Origin: a virus
Lineage: Duplodnaviria > Caudoviricetes
Virus record (IMG/VR): IMGVR_UViG_3300028586_000071
Location: 1-26,033 of that record
Length of the DNA: 26,033 nucleotides
Strand: one strand, 5' to 3'
Shown here: positions 22,881-26,033 of the stretch, piece by piece
Numbering within the stretch: the first letter of the stretch is position 1
Layout of the letters: each line of letters opens with the position of its first letter
The notes under the pieces: model-generated
The model's database searches: none
Told to the model about the DNA's origin: nothing
What the model saw: the letters and a program-made list of their open reading frames with translations, nothing else
Position numbers and translations under genes: made by a program

Positions 22881-25070
22881 ATGGCATTTGACCTAACCCT
22901 TACCAGCGCAACGTTTAATGCGAGCGGAAAATTCGGGCAAAGCCTGAATGGCGGTCGCGGCATCGCGTCGTCCGTCTTAAGCGGTACGCAACTCACCATT
23001 GAGGGCTGGGTCAAAGGAAGCGCGAACGGCACCACCGCAGTAGCATTCGGCCAGGGCGATGTGCTATGGGTGGGCATGGATGCGAGCGGCCAAGCAGTCG
23101 GCCATTACGGGAAGAGCCCCGACGTTACTGTCGCCTCAACCGCGATGATCGGCGATAACGCCTGGCACTATCTGTCGTTCAACGTCGACTCTGCGGCCGG
23201 CTCGAAATTGTTCGTCGACGGCGTTCTCGTCGGCAGCAGCACGACCGTAAGCGCGTTTAATTTCACGACGGCGCAAAACCGTTTCGGCGTGCGCATCTTC
23301 CCGTACGGTACGCAAACCGGCTTTGCGTGGCCAGGTGAGGTCGACGAAGTCAGCGTCTATTCCGGTTTGAAGCGCGCAGAAAATTTCAGCGTACCGACCG
23401 CAGTTACGCCGGACTCGGACGCAAGTCTAATCGCCCTGTGGCGGCTGAATGGCGACGGCACGAATTCGGCGGGCGCAGGCTCGACGCCGCCGGCCGATAC
23501 GGTCGCGCCGTATCCTGTGAGCGCGCAGGTTGCCTCCGGATCGCTGGGCGTGGTGCAGGTCACTATGTCCGAGGCCCTAGCGGACAGCTTGCCGCCTGCA
23601 ACCACTTGGTCGCTATCCGGCGGGCGCACCGCCACCGGCGTTGCGATCAATGGCAGCGTGGTCTCGGTCACGGTCAATGCCGCTTATGCGTTCGGCGATG
23701 TCGTGACGATCGGCTATACGCAGCCTAGCGAGAACCCGCGCATGCAGGATGCCGCCGGCAACCTCACGGCCACGTTCTCGGGCCTGGCCGTGACGAACAA
23801 TGCCGCGGCGCCGAACTCGTACGACCCGACGAAAATTCTGTTTTCGCCGGCCAATTGGGACGTCCAGCCGGGCTACGCGAAAACCATTAACTCCGGCGCG
23901 TACCTGCGCACCAGCTTTGGCGGATCGGCATGCACGCTCAATTTTGATATGACGAACGTTGCGGCCGTGCCGCCGAAATTGTCGTATCGCGTTGACGAGT
24001 TTGGGCCGTGGGTAACGGTCGACTTGGCTGCAAGCGTGGCGATCGCCGTGCCTGCCGACACTGCCGGTTACCCGTCGCACGCACTGGAGCTGCGCGTGCG
24101 CTCGACCTCCGAAGCGAGCGCACGTTGGGCCGGCGGCGGCGTTAAGTTGACTGGCGTTATTCTCGGCGCGAACAAGTCTCTCGCGCTTGCACCAGCAGCT
24201 GGTGATGAGTGCTGGTGCTACGGCGACAGCATCACCGAGGGCATTAACACTCTCAAGTCGTCCGGCGACACGACTGGACGGTCGGACTCGGGCCAGAGCT
24301 ACGCCTATATTGCGGCGAAACTCCTCGGGTTTGAATGTGGAATTATCGGATTCGGCCGCCAGGGTTTGACCGTGACAGGCAATCCTGACGTGCCAGTATT
24401 CGGCAGCGCATACAACCTGCTGTATCAAGGCGTCGCGCGCTCGTTTGCGAAGCCGCCGCGGTTCGTCCTTATCAACCAGGGCACGAACGACGGGTCGGCA
24501 AACATCCTGTCAGCCGCTACCGCAGTGCTGAATAATCTGCTCGCCGCGTTGCCGACCAGTACGAAAATTATCGTGATGCGCCCCTTCAACGGCTCGGGCG
24601 CCACGCATTGGGTCAACGCCATTGCGGCCTGCTCGGCGCCGGCGCGGGTCGCGTACATCAACACAGCGGGCTGGTACAACACGGCCAACTCCCCGGACAC
24701 CTTGCACCCGAACGGTTTCGAGAATGCGAGCAACCTCGGGCCGCGCACTGCGGCAGCAATCCGCGCCATTCTGGACGGCGCACCGGCGCTCACGCAGCGT
24801 ACCGTGACGGTCGCGCTCGCATCGGGTAGGAATGGCAGCGGCGATCCGATTCTTGCAGCCAATCTGGCCGGCTTGAAAGTGTCGTTCCACGACGAACCCA
24901 CGCCAGACCAGACGTCTACCGCGCGATATCAGTCGGCTAGCGAGACAACCGACGCAGATGGCGTGCTCACGTTCGTCTTCGGATCGACGCTGCCGGCAGG
25001 GGGTAGCGGTCACCTTGTCGTGGTCGGGGCCGGCGGCCTGCATTACAACGGCACTGTGGCGGTTACCTGA
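22881..25070 (+). CDS. LamG-like jelly-roll + SwmB/Ig-like + SGNH-hydrolase multidomain protein
   Basis: LamG: TIEGWVK, DNAWHY, LFVDG, GEVDEV. SwmB-like: DTVAP...VTIGYT.P...QDAAGN. SGNH blocks GDSITEG, GRQG, GTND, DTLHP. Confidence 0.88.
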   Translation: MAFDLTLTSATFNASGKFGQSLNGGRGIASSVLSGTQLTIEGWVKGSANGTTAVAFGQGDVLWVGMDASGQAVGHYGKSPDVTVASTAMIGDNAWHYLSFNVDSAAGSKLFVDGVLVGSSTTVSAFNFTTAQNRFGVRIFPYGTQTGFAWPGEVDEVSVYSGLKRAENFSVPTAVTPDSDASLIALWRLNGDGTNSAGAGSTPPADTVAPYPVSAQVASGSLGVVQVTMSEALADSLPPATTWSLSGGRTATGVAINGSVVSVTVNAAYAFGDVVTIGYTQPSENPRMQDAAGNLTATFSGLAVTNNAAAPNSYDPTKILFSPANWDVQPGYAKTINSGAYLRTSFGGSACTLNFDMTNVAAVPPKLSYRVDEFGPWVTVDLAASVAIAVPADTAGYPSHALELRVRSTSEASARWAGGGVKLTGVILGANKSLALAPAAGDECWCYGDSITEGINTLKSSGDTTGRSDSGQSYAYIAAKLLGFECGIIGFGRQGLTVTGNPDVPVFGSAYNLLYQGVARSFAKPPRFVLINQGTNDGSANILSAATAVLNNLLAALPTSTKIIVMRPFNGSGATHWVNAIAACSAPARVAYINTAGWYNTANSPDTLHPNGFENASNLGPRTAAAIRAILDGAPALTQRTVTVALASGRNGSGDPILAANLAGLKVSFHDEPTPDQTSTARYQSASETTDADGVLTFVFGSTLPAGGSGHLVVVGAGGLHYNGTVAVT

Positions 25071-25957
25071 TGGCGTACTTTGCTCCCGCATCCGTCGGCG
25101 GCGTCGCTTACCTGGCGCCGGCCGAACTACCAAGCATTCCCGCTGCGTTAATAGGGGTCGTCACTTGCGGAAGCGCAAGCTTTGGCACGCTGTCGAGCAA
25201 GATTGCGCTAGTCGGCGCGCCCGTGGTCAGCACGACCGCCACCGGCGAGCTGTCCACAGCGATCCCGCTATCCGGCACAGCAACGGCGCAGGCGTCAATT
25301 TCCGGCACGCTAGCGTCCTCAATCAGCTTGTCGGGTGCTGCGCTGGTCCAAGCCTCGATATCGGGTTCGCTCGCGAGCATGAATGTGGCGCTCGCCGGGG
25401 AGGCTGTGGCGCGCGCAAATGTTGGCGGCGACCTAGCCACGGCGATCTCGCTGGCCGGCGCTGCGGTGACGCATGCTTTGGCAGCAGGGGAACTTGATGG
25501 TGGCGCTTCGCTACTTTCGGGCGCCGCTAGCGCGCACGCATCGACTGCCGGTGCGCTGACCACCTCCATCGCCCTGGCCGGCGCTGTTGTGCATCAATCG
25601 TCCGCGTCGGGTTCGATGACGGGCGTTGGTGCGGCGCTGTCTGGTACTGCGTCGATCCACGTGCTGGCAACTGCCTCGCTCGCAACCAGCATTGACCTGT
25701 CAGGCCTGGTTGTGTCGCGCGCTACCGGCGATGGTTCGCTTATGACCTGGGTGCGCTTGGTGGGGGCGGCATCGGTGCGCACGTCAGCAGCGGGTTTTCT
25801 CGGCGAAGGCGTGAGGTACGCCCGGGCGCCGGCCGGCGCCGGCTACACGCCGCGCCGCAGTGAATACCAGGTGCGCCCGCAGCAGGGCGGCCACCAGGCG
25901 CGGCCTGGCCAGACCGGCGGCGCGCGCCCAACAGCAACACAGAAAGCATACCGATGA
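25070..25957 (+). CDS. Ala/Gly/Ser/Thr-rich ~20-aa repeat protein, putative fibre shaft
   Basis: About 10 tandem units of form I.L[SA]G.A.......G.L..; TGATG and ATGA coupling. Confidence 0.8.
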   Translation: MAYFAPASVGGVAYLAPAELPSIPAALIGVVTCGSASFGTLSSKIALVGAPVVSTTATGELSTAIPLSGTATAQASISGTLASSISLSGAALVQASISGSLASMNVALAGEAVARANVGGDLATAISLAGAAVTHALAAGELDGGASLLSGAASAHASTAGALTTSIALAGAVVHQSSASGSMTGVGAALSGTASIHVLATASLATSIDLSGLVVSRATGDGSLMTWVRLVGAASVRTSAAGFLGEGVRYARAPAGAGYTPRRSEYQVRPQQGGHQARPGQTGGARPTATQKAYR

Positions 25958-26033
25958 GCAAAGAACAAGTATCGGCGCCGGTGGCGCTCGCCCTGACGAT
26001 GGCCGAGGCCAAGCAGGCGCTGCGCATCGAGGA
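25954..26033 (+). CDS. Head-tail connector (gp6-like), N-terminus only; truncated by window
   Basis: MSKEQVSAPVALALTMAEAKQALRIE matches the P....T..EAK..LR. start typical of gp6-like adaptors. Confidence 0.8.
   Translation, partial: MSKEQVSAPVALALTMAEAKQALRIE

Larger units (their letters stand above)
80..26033. mobile_element. Lambdoid temperate prophage with HK97-type head, left part; attL at the tRNA 3' end (left boundary approximate), continues beyond the window
   Basis: Integrase abutting a tRNA, followed by xis, cI/cro switch, Q-like, terminase, portal, protease and capsid in canonical order. The att core cannot be fixed without attR. Confidence 0.95.

Overview
This window is the left ~26 kb of an intact-looking, GC-rich lambdoid prophage with an HK97-type head, integrated at the 3' end of a tRNA-Ser(GGA). 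The host is probably a Betaproteobacterium such as an Oxalobacteraceae member (inference). Order: tRNA/attL, tyrosine integrase, excisionase-like gene, leftward early operon with several translationally coupled mini-ORFs the ORF track misses, PL/OL, a ~300-nt structured non-coding segment plus three accessory genes, cI, OR/PR, cro, cII-like, rightward early operon (HTH proteins, Ref nuclease, Rha-KilAC antirepressor, truncated lambda-O-like protein, dATP/dGTP diphosphohydrolase, DUF1064 nuclease, Q-like), late promoter/leader, HNH, cos region, TerS, TerL, portal, ClpP-type protease, major capsid, an inserted fibre/adhesin module (LamG + SwmB/Ig + SGNH esterase and a 20-aa-repeat protein), and the start of the head-tail connector. 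The most interesting signal concerns replication. The O homologue keeps only the C-terminal helicase-recruiting domain, with no origin-binding domain, no iterons and no recognisable P/DnaC. Meanwhile a non-coding segment next to OL, behind an operator-overlapped promoter, resembles the 3' half of the ColE1 RNA II primer/origin in motif order and hairpins. Together these suggest an RNA-primed replication mode (hypothesis). All family calls come from motif recognition and recall, not database searches.
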